Part shown: positions 9,244 to 18,183 of the stretch, piece by piece
How positions within the stretch are numbered: the stretch's first letter is position 1
Layout of the letters: each line of letters starts with the position of its first letter
From: Actinomycetota bacterium
GTDB taxonomy: Bacteria; Actinomycetota; Acidimicrobiia; Spongiisociales; ZC4RG35
Reading direction: 5' to 3'
Length of the DNA stretch: 64,000 nt
Assembly: GCA_052390035.1 (NCBI GenBank)
Contig: JBQTHI010000109.1
Location: 1,401 to 65,400, forward strand
Notes under the pieces: generated by a model
Databases searched by the model: none
Seen by the model: the letters and a program-made list of their open reading frames with translations, nothing else
Told to the model about the DNA's origin: nothing
Position numbers and translations under genes: made by a program

Positions 9244-10368
9244 TTAGTCGCCGAGCGCGACACCCAGGCGCCGGGCCGACTCGAGCCATCGGTGGTCAGG
9301 TGGCACCGTCTTCCGCCGTCCGGCGACCTCGGCCAGAGGCACCGAGACAACCTGCTCTCCCTGGGCTGCCACCATCACTCCCCTCTCGCCGCCGGCAATC
9401 GCATCAGCGCACGCTGTGCCAAGGCGAGTGGCCAGTACTCGGTCGACCGGTGAGGGCATCCCTCCCCGTTGGACGTGACCCAGGATCGTCACCCGTGCCT
9501 CGAGCCCGGTCAACGCCTCGAGTCGTTCCGCCATTTGCTCGGTGGAACGGGTCCTTGCTTCTTCGAATTTGAGCAATGCGGCCCTCGCCGCATCCTCATC
9601 ATCGTCACTCTTCGCCTCATCGACGGCAATGCGGAGTTGGTCGTGTTCGGCCCGTTCGGGACCCGACATCGCGCCCTCAGACACCACCACGATCGAAAAT
9701 GAGCTGCCCCCGGCTTTGCGCTGCATAACCGAGTCGGCCACCGCCTCAACCGAATAGGGGATCTCTGGAGTGAGGATGGCGTCTGCACCTCCGGCCAGGC
9801 CGGCTCCTAGGGCTAGCCAGCCGGCGTTGTGCCCCATCAACTCCACGACCATGATCCGGTGATGGGAGTGGGCGGTCGAGTGGAGCCGATCCACCGCCTC
9901 GGTGGCGATGCCCAGGGCGGTATCAAACCCGAACGAGGTGTCGGTTCCCCACACATCGTTGTCGATCGTCTTGGGAAGGGTGATGACCGGAATCCCCACC
10001 TCCCAGAGCCGCAATGCGTTCTTCTGGGTGCCGCCCCCGCCCAGGCATACGAGGGCTTCGAGGTCGTGCTGCTCGACCACCTTCCTGATCATCGGCCTCA
10101 TGTCCATCGGACGGCCATTGCCCACGTCCATGCGGTGGACCTTCTCTCGGCTGGTGCCGAGGATCGTGCCGCCCTTGGTGAGGATGCCGGAGAGGGTTTC
10201 GCCGTCCAGGCGGATGAAGCGATTCTGCATGAGTCCGCGGAAGCCGTCTCGAAAGCCGATCACGTGCATTCCATACGCACGTTGGGCGGCTTTGCCCACC
10301 GCCCGGATGGCAGCGTTCAGCCCAGGTGAGTCTCCGCCGGCGGTGAGAATGCCAATGGTTTGCAGCAC
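9244..10368 (-). CDS. Phosphofructokinase-family paralog (A-family, atypical active site, acidic insertion)
   Basis: [24 protein letters not shown]...LGGGGTQ...LPKTIDND...MGHNAG. Aligns cleanly to PfkA but has GGGGT where GGDGS is expected and H where the F6P-binding R of MGR is expected. It also carries a roughly 35-aa acidic insertion ([39 protein letters not shown]). Confidence 0.8.
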   Translation of the reverse strand: MLQTIGILTAGGDSPGLNAAIRAVGKAAQRAYGMHVIGFRDGFRGLMQNRFIRLDGETLSGILTKGGTILGTSREKVHRMDVGNGRPMDMRPMIRKVVEQHDLEALVCLGGGGTQKNALRLWEVGIPVITLPKTIDNDVWGTDTSFGFDTALGIATEAVDRLHSTAHSHHRIMVVELMGHNAGWLALGAGLAGGADAILTPEIPYSVEAVADSVMQRKAGGSSFSIVVVSEGAMSGPERAEHDQLRIAVDEAKSDDDEDAARAALLKFEEARTRSTEQMAERLEALTGLEARVTILGHVQRGGMPSPVDRVLATRLGTACADAIAGGERGVMVAAQGEQVVSVPLAEVAGRRKTVPPDHRWLESARRLGVALGD

Positions 10369-10480
10369 CAGGCAGATTTTAGTTCGGGGCGGCCAGGGCT
10401 TCTGGTCGAAGGGTGCATCCCAGCCGACATGTGCACCGATTAGTCAGTAGGTTCAGGGCTACTCGAGACGGAGTCAGCTC

Positions 10481-10882
10481 ATGTTCGTACCCATCACCGC
10501 CGATGACCTCTCGCATGTGCCTTTGTTCGCAGGGCTCAGCCGCGACAAGCTGGAGAAGATCGCTGCACAGTCGGTCCGCATCTCGGTTCATCCCGGCATC
10601 CACCTGGCCAAGCAGGGTGATCCGGGGTTCGACTTCTTCATCGTCCTCGACGGTGCCGCCGACGTGAAGCGGGACGGAGAGACGATCGCCACCTTGACCG
10701 AAGGGGAGGTCTTTGGGGAGATGGCCCTTCTCGGAGGGCGGCGTCGCAATGCCGACGTGGTGGCAACCACTCCGATGACTTTGATGACCATGATGGTGTG
10801 GGATTTTCGATCGATCACCGACAACTATCCGGTGATCCACCAGCGCCTGGAGGAGTTGGCCCAGAGTCGCTCCGACGCCTGA
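10481..10882 (+). CDS. Stand-alone cyclic-nucleotide-binding (CAP effector) domain protein
   Basis: 133 aa with FGEMALLGG....ADVVA, the canonical cNMP-binding signature. No DNA-binding domain. Confidence 0.75.
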   Translation: MFVPITADDLSHVPLFAGLSRDKLEKIAAQSVRISVHPGIHLAKQGDPGFDFFIVLDGAADVKRDGETIATLTEGEVFGEMALLGGRRRNADVVATTPMTLMTMMVWDFRSITDNYPVIHQRLEELAQSRSDA

Positions 10883-10883
10883 A

Positions 10884-10937
10884 CCCGTGGAGAGTCCGAG
10901 CGGCCCGGGAGCGAAGCGACGCGGCCCGAACCACGGG
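10884..10937. terminator. Candidate bidirectional terminator hairpin between convergent cNMP-binding gene and purL
   Basis: CCCGTGG ... CCACGGG inverted repeat enclosing GC-rich sub-stems in the 66-bp convergent intergenic region. No clean U-tract. Confidence 0.25.
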
Positions 10938-10948
10938 GGTATTGCTCG

Positions 10949-13165
10949 CTACCCAAGCAGCGAGGGGAGCGCTTCCTTCCAGGCTCGGGTCGCAAGCTCG
11001 AGATCGACGGTGGCTCCCAATCCGCCCCGGTCGAAGCTGATTTGATCCCCGCGGAGGAACCCGATCCGGACGGCTGGGATGCCCGCCTCACCGGCCACCC
11101 GCTCAACCTCGGCGCTCCGTTCGGTGCTGACCGCAAGCACGAAGCGGTGGGGGTCCTCACAGAAGAGATGTCGCCAATCGCCGTACTCGACGATGGCCCC
11201 GACCCGAGAGGCGATGCATATCTCGGAGACGGCCGTTGCCAAACCACCGAGCGAAATGTCGTGGATAACCGGGATGCCGGCTTGGGCGAGCCTGCGGGCT
11301 ACCACCAGCGCCGACCTAGCCATGGTTGGGTCACCGGCCGAGGGCCGTCCGCCGACGTGGCCGAAGGCGACCTTCTCAAAGGCGGATCCGGCCAGGTTGA
11401 TCGCCCATACCGTTCCGACCAGCCACAACTCCATGCCGGCCGCCCCCCGATCGAGCCTCGGCGGGGATGGAGGCATCGGGTCGGCAACTCCCAACATGCC
11501 GACCACCGGAGTCGGGTAGATGTCAAGCCCGTCGGTCTCGTTGTAGAAGGACACATTGCCCCCGATGATGGGGATGCCGAGCGCCTCACATGCCTCCGAG
11601 AGACCTTCTACCGTTTCTCGGAACTGCCACATCACCTCCGGTTTCTCCGGGTTTCCAAAGTTCAGATTGTCCACTAGCGCCTTCGGCTCGGCACCGGCCA
11701 GGGCAACGTTGAGAGCCGCTTCGTAGACGAGCCGGGCTGCTCCCCGTCGGGGGTCGAGGTAGCAAATACGCCCGTTCCCATCGGTGGTGAGAGCTAGAGC
11801 TTTGTTGGTGCCCTTCAACCGCAGCAGTGTTGCGTCGTGTCCGGGGCCGATCACCGTGTTGAGAAACAACATGTGGTCGAATTGTTCGTACGCCCATGCC
11901 TTACTGGCCAGTTCCGGATCGGAGAGCATCCGGAGGAGAGCCGAGGCGATGCCCGGCTGCGCAACGAACTTGACCGTGTTTGCCCACAGATCCTCCATCC
12001 AGCCTGGCTCTCCCATCGGTCGCTCGTATCGGGGCGCCCCCTCGGCCAAGGAGCCGGCCGGGACATCAACCACCTGCTCTCCCCGATGGAAGACCCGCAC
12101 CCGATCGCCGCTCGTGACCGTACCAACCCGGGAGGCGGTAATTTCATGGCGGGCCGCCACCTCGAGCACCTCATCCACCGAGTCTTCGGAGACAAATGCC
12201 ATCATCCGTTCCTGCGATTCGGAGGTGAGCAGCTCGGCGGCGGTCATGCCCGGCTCGCGGACGTGGACCTGGTCGAGGTCGATGTCGATCCCCACCCCGG
12301 CGCGGGCGGCCGGCTCGGACACGGCGCAGGAGAGGCCGGCGGCGCCCAGGTCCTGGATGCCGATCACCAGCTTGCGCCGGAACAACTCGAGACAGGCCTC
12401 GATGAGCTTCTTTTCCTCGAATGGGTCACCGACCTGGACAGAAGGCCGTTTATGGTCCGACTCCTCGACGAACGGAGCCGACGCCAGCACCGAGGCACCT
12501 CCGATGCCGTCCCGCCCGGTGGCAGCCCCGAGCAACACCGCCGCCGATCCCTCGGTCCCGGCGGTGGCGAGCATCAGTTCGTCGTCGCGGAGCAGACCAA
12601 GACACATGACGTTGACAAGCGGGTTGGTCGAGTAGTGCTCGGCGAAGGCGATCTCCCCGCCCACGGTCGGTACACCCACCGCGTTTCCGTATCCGGCGAT
12701 CCCGGCGACGACTCCTTTGAACAAATACCGGTTGCGAGGCTGGTCGAGGGGGCCAAAACGGATGGAGTCCCACAAGGCGATCGGACGGGCGCCCATGGTG
12801 AAGACATCGCGGAGGATGCCACCCACCCCGGTGGCAGCCCCCTGGTAGGGCTCGACCATAGAAGGATGGTTGTGGCTTTCGATCTTTAGAGCCGCCAGCC
12901 AGCCATCACCGATTTCTATCACCCCGGCGTTTTCGCCGGGCCCCACCACGACCCAGGGTGCCGCGGTCGGAAATCGTTTCAGATGGATCCGCGACGACTT
13001 GTAGGAGCAATGTTCGGACCACATGACCGAATACATCGCCAGCTCGGCGGAGGAAGGCGGGCGTTCGAGGGTGGTCACTATCTGAGTGAATTCGTCGTCA
13101 CTCAGGCCGAGGCGGTGGTGGAGCGATTCCGGTTCGGCGGCGACGGCCTCCTCGTCGTCGGTCAC
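10949..13165 (-). CDS. purL: Phosphoribosylformylglycinamidine synthase subunit PurL
   Basis: 738 aa with AIR-synthase-related tandem domains. Start overlaps the purQ stop. Confidence 0.95.
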   Translation of the reverse strand: MTDDEEAVAAEPESLHHRLGLSDDEFTQIVTTLERPPSSAELAMYSVMWSEHCSYKSSRIHLKRFPTAAPWVVVGPGENAGVIEIGDGWLAALKIESHNHPSMVEPYQGAATGVGGILRDVFTMGARPIALWDSIRFGPLDQPRNRYLFKGVVAGIAGYGNAVGVPTVGGEIAFAEHYSTNPLVNVMCLGLLRDDELMLATAGTEGSAAVLLGAATGRDGIGGASVLASAPFVEESDHKRPSVQVGDPFEEKKLIEACLELFRRKLVIGIQDLGAAGLSCAVSEPAARAGVGIDIDLDQVHVREPGMTAAELLTSESQERMMAFVSEDSVDEVLEVAARHEITASRVGTVTSGDRVRVFHRGEQVVDVPAGSLAEGAPRYERPMGEPGWMEDLWANTVKFVAQPGIASALLRMLSDPELASKAWAYEQFDHMLFLNTVIGPGHDATLLRLKGTNKALALTTDGNGRICYLDPRRGAARLVYEAALNVALAGAEPKALVDNLNFGNPEKPEVMWQFRETVEGLSEACEALGIPIIGGNVSFYNETDGLDIYPTPVVGMLGVADPMPPSPPRLDRGAAGMELWLVGTVWAINLAGSAFEKVAFGHVGGRPSAGDPTMARSALVVARRLAQAGIPVIHDISLGGLATAVSEICIASRVGAIVEYGDWRHLFCEDPHRFVLAVSTERSAEVERVAGEAGIPAVRIGFLRGDQISFDRGGLGATVDLELATRAWKEALPSLLG

Positions 13166-13821
13166 GTATTGGAGCTCACCGCTAGGGGCCGACTGGCCAG
13201 GCCCGCCAGCAGGAGCCGCCCATCGGTCGAGCCGAGGATCTCTTCACAGGCCCTCTCGGGATGAGGCATAACTCCAACCACATTGCCGGCCAGGTTGGAC
13301 ACGGCCGCGGCGTCCCCTTCGGCACCGTTCGGGTTGTCGACATACGTCAAGACGACCCGAGCGGTTCGCGAGGGGTCGACATAATTGCCTTCGTATGAGT
13401 TGAGAGGCATGCGGACAACGGCTCCCGGATCGACTTCGGCGGTGAGGAAAGAGTCGTTGGACACGACCGCCAGTTCTACCCATCGGCAGATGAACGAAAG
13501 CCCGGAATTGGCGATGAATGCTCCCGGCAGCAGCCCCGCTTCGCACAAGATCTGAAAGCCGTTGCAGATCCCGAGCACCGGATATCCGGAGGCAGCCATG
13601 CGCCCGACTTCCCTCATCACCGGTGAGAGACAGGCGATGGCACCCGTCCGTAGGTAGTCGCCATGGGCGAAGCCGCCGGGCAAGACCACCGCGTCGAAGC
13701 CCGCGAGGCTCTGCTGACGATGCCACACGAGCTGGGCGTCAAAACCCATCGAATCGAGGGCGAGGTGGGTGTCGAGCTCACAATTGGTGCCGGGGAAGAC
13801 CACCACTGCGACACGGGTCAC
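13162..13821 (-). CDS. purQ: Phosphoribosylformylglycinamidine synthase subunit PurQ (glutaminase)
   Basis: MTRVAVVVFPGTNCE...GICNGFQIL GATase motif. Overlaps purS and purL by 4 nt each. Confidence 0.95.
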   Translation of the reverse strand: MTRVAVVVFPGTNCELDTHLALDSMGFDAQLVWHRQQSLAGFDAVVLPGGFAHGDYLRTGAIACLSPVMREVGRMAASGYPVLGICNGFQILCEAGLLPGAFIANSGLSFICRWVELAVVSNDSFLTAEVDPGAVVRMPLNSYEGNYVDPSRTARVVLTYVDNPNGAEGDAAAVSNLAGNVVGVMPHPERACEEILGSTDGRLLLAGLASRPLAVSSNT

Positions 13822-14060
13822 GACTCAACCTCGACCGTGAAGTCCTCGATCACCGGGTTGGCGAGGAGACGGCGAGCCATCTCTTCGGCGCGGGTGATGG
13901 CGACCTTCGGGTCGGCCGTGTCCAGGTCGAGGGCGATTGACCGGTCGAAGCGGATCCGGCCTACCTCGGTGAACCCGAGCTCGTGAAGGGCTCGCTGGAC
14001 CGTGGTTCCCTCGGGATCGGCGATCTCGGGGCGACGCACGATGGCGATGCGTACCCTCAC
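13818..14060 (-). CDS. purS: Phosphoribosylformylglycinamidine synthase subunit PurS
   Basis: 80-aa core VRVRIAIVRRPEIADPEGTTVQRALHELGF. A GTG start at 14060-14058 overlaps the purC TGA (GTGA). A GGAGGGAGGG RBS is formed by the purC 3' end. The upstream extension in the track is unlikely. Confidence 0.85.
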   Translation of the reverse strand: MRVRIAIVRRPEIADPEGTTVQRALHELGFTEVGRIRFDRSIALDLDTADPKVAITRAEEMARRLLANPVIEDFTVEVES

Positions 14061-14929
14061 CCCTCCCTCCGCGAATAGCTGGCAAAGGAGTCTCCGGTTA
14101 TCCGCTCGTACGCTTCGACATATCGCGACCGGGTCTCGTCGAGGACTTCTGGTGGGAGCGGTGGGGCGGGGGGAGCGTGATCCCAGCCTTGTCGATCGAG
14201 CCAATCACGCACGTACTGTTTGTCAAAGGAGGGGACCTCACGTCCGGGCACCCATTGGTCGGCCGGCCAGTAGCGCGAAGAATCGGGGGTGAGCACCTCG
14301 TCTACCAACAAGAGTTCGTCCCCGACATGACCGAACTCGAGCTTGGTATCGGCGAGGATCACCCCCCGGGCCGCGGCGTGAGCGGCCGCCCTGCGGTAGA
14401 TCTCAACCGAGCGCCGCCGCAGCTCCTCGTATAGGACGTCACCGATGAGGCGGCGGGCCCCCTTCTCGTCGAGGTTCTGATCGTGGCCCTCCACTGCCTT
14501 GGTGGCCGGGGTGAAGATCGGCACATCGAGGCGATCCCCCATGACCAAGCCCGAAGGAAGGTGTTCGGTGGTGGGTCCTCCCCCCGCCCGATATTCGCGC
14601 CACGACGAGCCGTATAGATAACCCCTGACGACACATTCCATGGGGACCACCTCTGCCTGGCGGACGATCATCGATCTTCCTTCGAACCAGGCTCCCAGAT
14701 CGAGTCCGTTGAGCTCGGTCGTGAGCAGATGATTGGGAACGTCGAGCAGCTCAAAAAAGTGGAGCGACAGCCCGGTGAGTACCCGGCCTTTGTCGGGAAC
14801 GAGGTCGTCGAGGACGACGTCGTAGGCACTAATCCGATCGGTGGCGACCATCAGCAGCCGCTCCTCGTCAACGGCGTAGATGTCTCGCACCTTCCCGGAG
14901 CCGATCTTGTTGAGCGCTCCCGACCTCAC
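14057..14929 (-). CDS. purC: SAICAR synthetase
   Basis: MRSGALNKIGSGKVRDIYAVD...LADTKLEFG canonical PurC. Confidence 0.95.
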   Translation of the reverse strand: MRSGALNKIGSGKVRDIYAVDEERLLMVATDRISAYDVVLDDLVPDKGRVLTGLSLHFFELLDVPNHLLTTELNGLDLGAWFEGRSMIVRQAEVVPMECVVRGYLYGSSWREYRAGGGPTTEHLPSGLVMGDRLDVPIFTPATKAVEGHDQNLDEKGARRLIGDVLYEELRRRSVEIYRRAAAHAAARGVILADTKLEFGHVGDELLLVDEVLTPDSSRYWPADQWVPGREVPSFDKQYVRDWLDRQGWDHAPPAPPLPPEVLDETRSRYVEAYERITGDSFASYSRREG

Positions 14930-14966
14930 CCGGCGATGGTACCGGTCGGTTACTGTCCGTCCGGCG

Positions 14967-15644
14967 ATGCATGTAGCCGTGATCCAACATTGCCGGCAAT
15001 CGACCGCTCGTCTCGACGAGGCATTGGCTGCCGTCGGGGCCGAGGTTGACCGGCTCGATCTCGAATGGGGAGATGCCGTCCCCTTGAGCGCAACTTACGA
15101 CAAGGTCGTAGTGCTGGGCGGGGCCATGGGGGTCTACGACCACCCTCGCTTTCCTTGGTTGGAAGACGAGAAGAAGTGGTTGCGGGACCTGGTAGATCGC
15201 CACGTTCCGGTGTTGGGAATCTGCCTGGGGAGCCAGCTACTGGCCGACGCCCTCGGGGGCCGCGCTCACCTGGCCGAAGAACCAGAGGCCGGGGTGTTCC
15301 CGCTCCAGCTCACCGAGGCCGGTCGCACCCACCCGGTCGTTTCGGCGGCCGGGCAGGTAGTTTTCTCCCTCCATCGCGACACCTTCACCCTGCCTCCCGC
15401 TGCCACGCTGCTCGCTCATACCGATCTTGCTCACCAGGCATTTCAGCTGGGCTCGGCGACGGCCATACAGTTCCACCCCGACGCCGACCTTGACCTCGCC
15501 ATACGGTGGGGGGAGCAGGAAGCGTCGATCCTGGCGGCGGCGGGGGTCGCCTTCGATGACTATGTCAGGGCCTTGCACGAAGCCGATCCCGAGCTCGACG
15601 CCGGCTCGCGACGGTTGTTCAAGACCTGGCTGGCATTGGATTGA
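14967..15644 (+). CDS. Type 1 glutamine amidotransferase-like protein
   Basis: VLGICLGSQLL catalytic Cys motif and an FHPD His motif. Start chosen at MHVAVIQH; the longer track ORF overlaps purC. Confidence 0.65.
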   Translation: MHVAVIQHCRQSTARLDEALAAVGAEVDRLDLEWGDAVPLSATYDKVVVLGGAMGVYDHPRFPWLEDEKKWLRDLVDRHVPVLGICLGSQLLADALGGRAHLAEEPEAGVFPLQLTEAGRTHPVVSAAGQVVFSLHRDTFTLPPAATLLAHTDLAHQAFQLGSATAIQFHPDADLDLAIRWGEQEASILAAAGVAFDDYVRALHEADPELDAGSRRLFKTWLALD

Positions 15645-16042
15645 TCGACCGCCAACAAGTCGCCGCCCTGCTGGCCCGAGATCCGTATGCGAGCGGACTG
15701 GGGATCCGGCTGGATGACGTGAAGGATGCCTCGATCACCATCGGCCTCACGGTGACACCGCCCATGACCAATTTCCATGGGGGGATGCACGGTGGCGCCC
15801 TCTTCTCGTTGGCCGACTGCGCCTTCTCTTTGTTCTCCAACCAGTACGGGCCGGCCGCGGTGGCGATCGACACCCACATGGTTTTCTCGGCGCCGGTCGC
15901 CGTTGGGGATGACCTGACCGCGGTCGTTTCCGAAGTGAGCCGGGGACGCCGCCTCGCCACCTATCGGGTGTTGGTGCATCGAGGTGACGGCAGGGTGGCA
16001 GGCCATTTCACCGGGACGGTGCTGACCATGGATGGTCCCTGA
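15641..16042 (+). CDS. PaaI/hotdog-fold thioesterase
   Basis: NFHGGMHGGALFSLAD motif. ATGA overlap with the upstream gene. Confidence 0.75.
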   Translation: MIDRQQVAALLARDPYASGLGIRLDDVKDASITIGLTVTPPMTNFHGGMHGGALFSLADCAFSLFSNQYGPAAVAIDTHMVFSAPVAVGDDLTAVVSEVSRGRRLATYRVLVHRGDGRVAGHFTGTVLTMDGP

Positions 16043-16064
16043 GAGAGCCACCAATCGGGGGGAA

Positions 16065-17237
16065 ATGTCTTACCATCGAACGGTCACCCCTGGAGGAATC
16101 CTGGTCGCTTATGCCCAGCGGCACCCGATGCGGGTCGCCATCATCATCGTTGCCGGTGTGATTGCCGGCACGGCTGGCTTTCTCGTTTCCAGGGTTTTGG
16201 GCACATTCAACGCGGTGGCGATCGAGGACTTCGATCCCGGGTCTGCGGCTCAGGCGATGGGGAACCGAACCCAGGGCGACGTGCAAGGTCTGATCGACCG
16301 CAGGCTCACCCAACTCGAACGCCAGGCCCTCGATGCCGCCGCCTCCTCCGACCTGGCGACCCTCGCACTACAGGAGGAGCTGCAACAGCAGCTGTCGGAG
16401 CTACACCCCAAGACCTACAACAACCCGGCCGCCATCGGGTTGGCGTTGCCCGACGACATGTTCAATGCCTATCTGGGGGTGGGGAGCGACGAGTCCGGGG
16501 TGCGGGCCGACACGATCCTTCTTGCCCTTGCTCCCACCGATGGCGCCGCCCCGATCCTTGTTTCGATTCCGCGCGACCTGCTTGTCCAGAATCCCTGCAC
16601 CAGGGGTTGGAGCCGGATCAACTCCGGTCTCGGCGGGTGCGAGGGCTTCGCCTCGGGCACGGAGCTGATCGCGCTTATGGTCGAGGGGTATACCGGTGTT
16701 CCAGTCGATCATGTGGTGCGACTCAGTTTCGACGGCTTTGCTTCGGTGGTCACCGCCCTGGGTGGAACAACGGTGTGCACCGATTATCCGGCCAGGGATC
16801 CCCGCTCGGGCCTCGCGCTGCCCGGGGGCTGCGTCAACGCCGATGGTTATGCGACGCTCGCCTGGGTGCGATCACGGCACACCGAGCAGCTAATCGACGG
16901 TGACTGGAAGGTGGTGTCCGGGAGCGACTTCGATCGTCAGACACGCCAGCAGGACATCCTCTTCCAGCTCGCCGGGAGGATGACGTCATTCGGGTCGCTG
17001 GGCTCGCTCAGCTCGACCCTGTCCGCCGTTGCCGGGGCGGTGAGGGTTGATTCGGGCTGGTCGTTTGGTGATGCGGTGGCAACCGCCTGGCAATACCGCG
17101 GGATCACTCGTGATGGTGTCAATCGCATTTCGATCAGGGTGAAAGACATACGCACCTCCGGGGGTGCTTTGGTCCTGGCTCCTACCGTCAACTTCAACGA
17201 GCTGCTGGCCAACGTGTATCCCCCGGCGGCCGGCTGA
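16065..17237 (+). CDS. LCP (LytR-CpsA-Psr) family cell-envelope phosphotransferase
   Basis: N-terminal TM segment, then ADTILLA....ILVSIPRDL, the LCP signature. Start is uncertain (M at 16032, 16065 or 16128). Confidence 0.7.
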   Translation: MSYHRTVTPGGILVAYAQRHPMRVAIIIVAGVIAGTAGFLVSRVLGTFNAVAIEDFDPGSAAQAMGNRTQGDVQGLIDRRLTQLERQALDAAASSDLATLALQEELQQQLSELHPKTYNNPAAIGLALPDDMFNAYLGVGSDESGVRADTILLALAPTDGAAPILVSIPRDLLVQNPCTRGWSRINSGLGGCEGFASGTELIALMVEGYTGVPVDHVVRLSFDGFASVVTALGGTTVCTDYPARDPRSGLALPGGCVNADGYATLAWVRSRHTEQLIDGDWKVVSGSDFDRQTRQQDILFQLAGRMTSFGSLGSLSSTLSAVAGAVRVDSGWSFGDAVATAWQYRGITRDGVNRISIRVKDIRTSGGALVLAPTVNFNELLANVYPPAAG

Positions 17238-17243
17238 TCGAGT

Positions 17244-18149
17244 GTGAATCGGATCGGGGTCGATCTCGGGGGAACGAAGATCGAAGCGATTGCCCTTTCG
17301 ACCGATGGGGAGGAGCTCGTCCGCTTACGGGTCGCCACTCCGGCCAACGATTATCAGGCGATCCTCCAGGCGATTTCTACCCTGGTCGGCGAGGTGGAAG
17401 CGGCGGCAGCACCTACCTTCCCCGCCATCGGGATCGGGACACCGGGGGCGGTGAGTCCTGCCACCGGGCTAATGAAGAACTCCAATTCCGAGGCGCTCAA
17501 CGGGCGGCCCTTTCCACCGGACCTCGAGAGCATGCTCGGGCGGCCGGTGATCTCGCGCAACGACGCCGACTGTTTCGCACTCTCCGAGGCGCGGGACGGG
17601 GCCGGGTCCGGTCGCGACACGGTCTTCGGGGTGATCATCGGCACCGGAGTGGGCGGTGGGATCGTGGTCGACGGTCGGGCGCTGTCCGGGCCCAACGCCA
17701 TCGCCGGAGAATGGGGCCACAACCCGCTGCCGTGGCCACGGGACGACGAGCGTCCGGGAGTCGAGTGCTACTGCGGTTTGCGCGGATGCATCGAGACGTT
17801 CCTTTCCGGCCCCGGATTCGCCGGCCACCATCAGAGTCGTTCGGGCCGGCGCGCCGCTCCCGAAATCGTGGCCGCCGCCCGGGCCGGGGATGTCTCCGCC
17901 CGGCGGAGCCTTGCCGACTATGCCGACCGGCTGGCCCGCAGCCTGGCCGTAGTCATCAACCTCCTCGACCCCGATGTCATCGTGCTTGGTGGCGGCATGA
18001 GCAACATCGACGAGCTCTACCGACTCGTGCCGGAGACTTGGGGGAGTTACGTCTTCAGCGACACGGTCAGGACACCCCTGGTACGAAACAAACACGGCGA
18101 CTCGAGCGGAGTAAGAGGGGCGGCCTGGTTGGTCGATCCCGTTACCTAA
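17244..18149 (+). CDS. ROK-family sugar kinase (NagK/glucokinase-like)
   Basis: IGVDLGGTKIE N-terminal ATP motif and the ROK zinc motif ECYCGLRGCIE. GTG start. Confidence 0.8.
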   Translation: MNRIGVDLGGTKIEAIALSTDGEELVRLRVATPANDYQAILQAISTLVGEVEAAAAPTFPAIGIGTPGAVSPATGLMKNSNSEALNGRPFPPDLESMLGRPVISRNDADCFALSEARDGAGSGRDTVFGVIIGTGVGGGIVVDGRALSGPNAIAGEWGHNPLPWPRDDERPGVECYCGLRGCIETFLSGPGFAGHHQSRSGRRAAPEIVAAARAGDVSARRSLADYADRLARSLAVVINLLDPDVIVLGGGMSNIDELYRLVPETWGSYVFSDTVRTPLVRNKHGDSSGVRGAAWLVDPVT

Positions 18150-18183
18150 GGTTTGGGGTGGGGCTGTACCACACCGATCGCCT

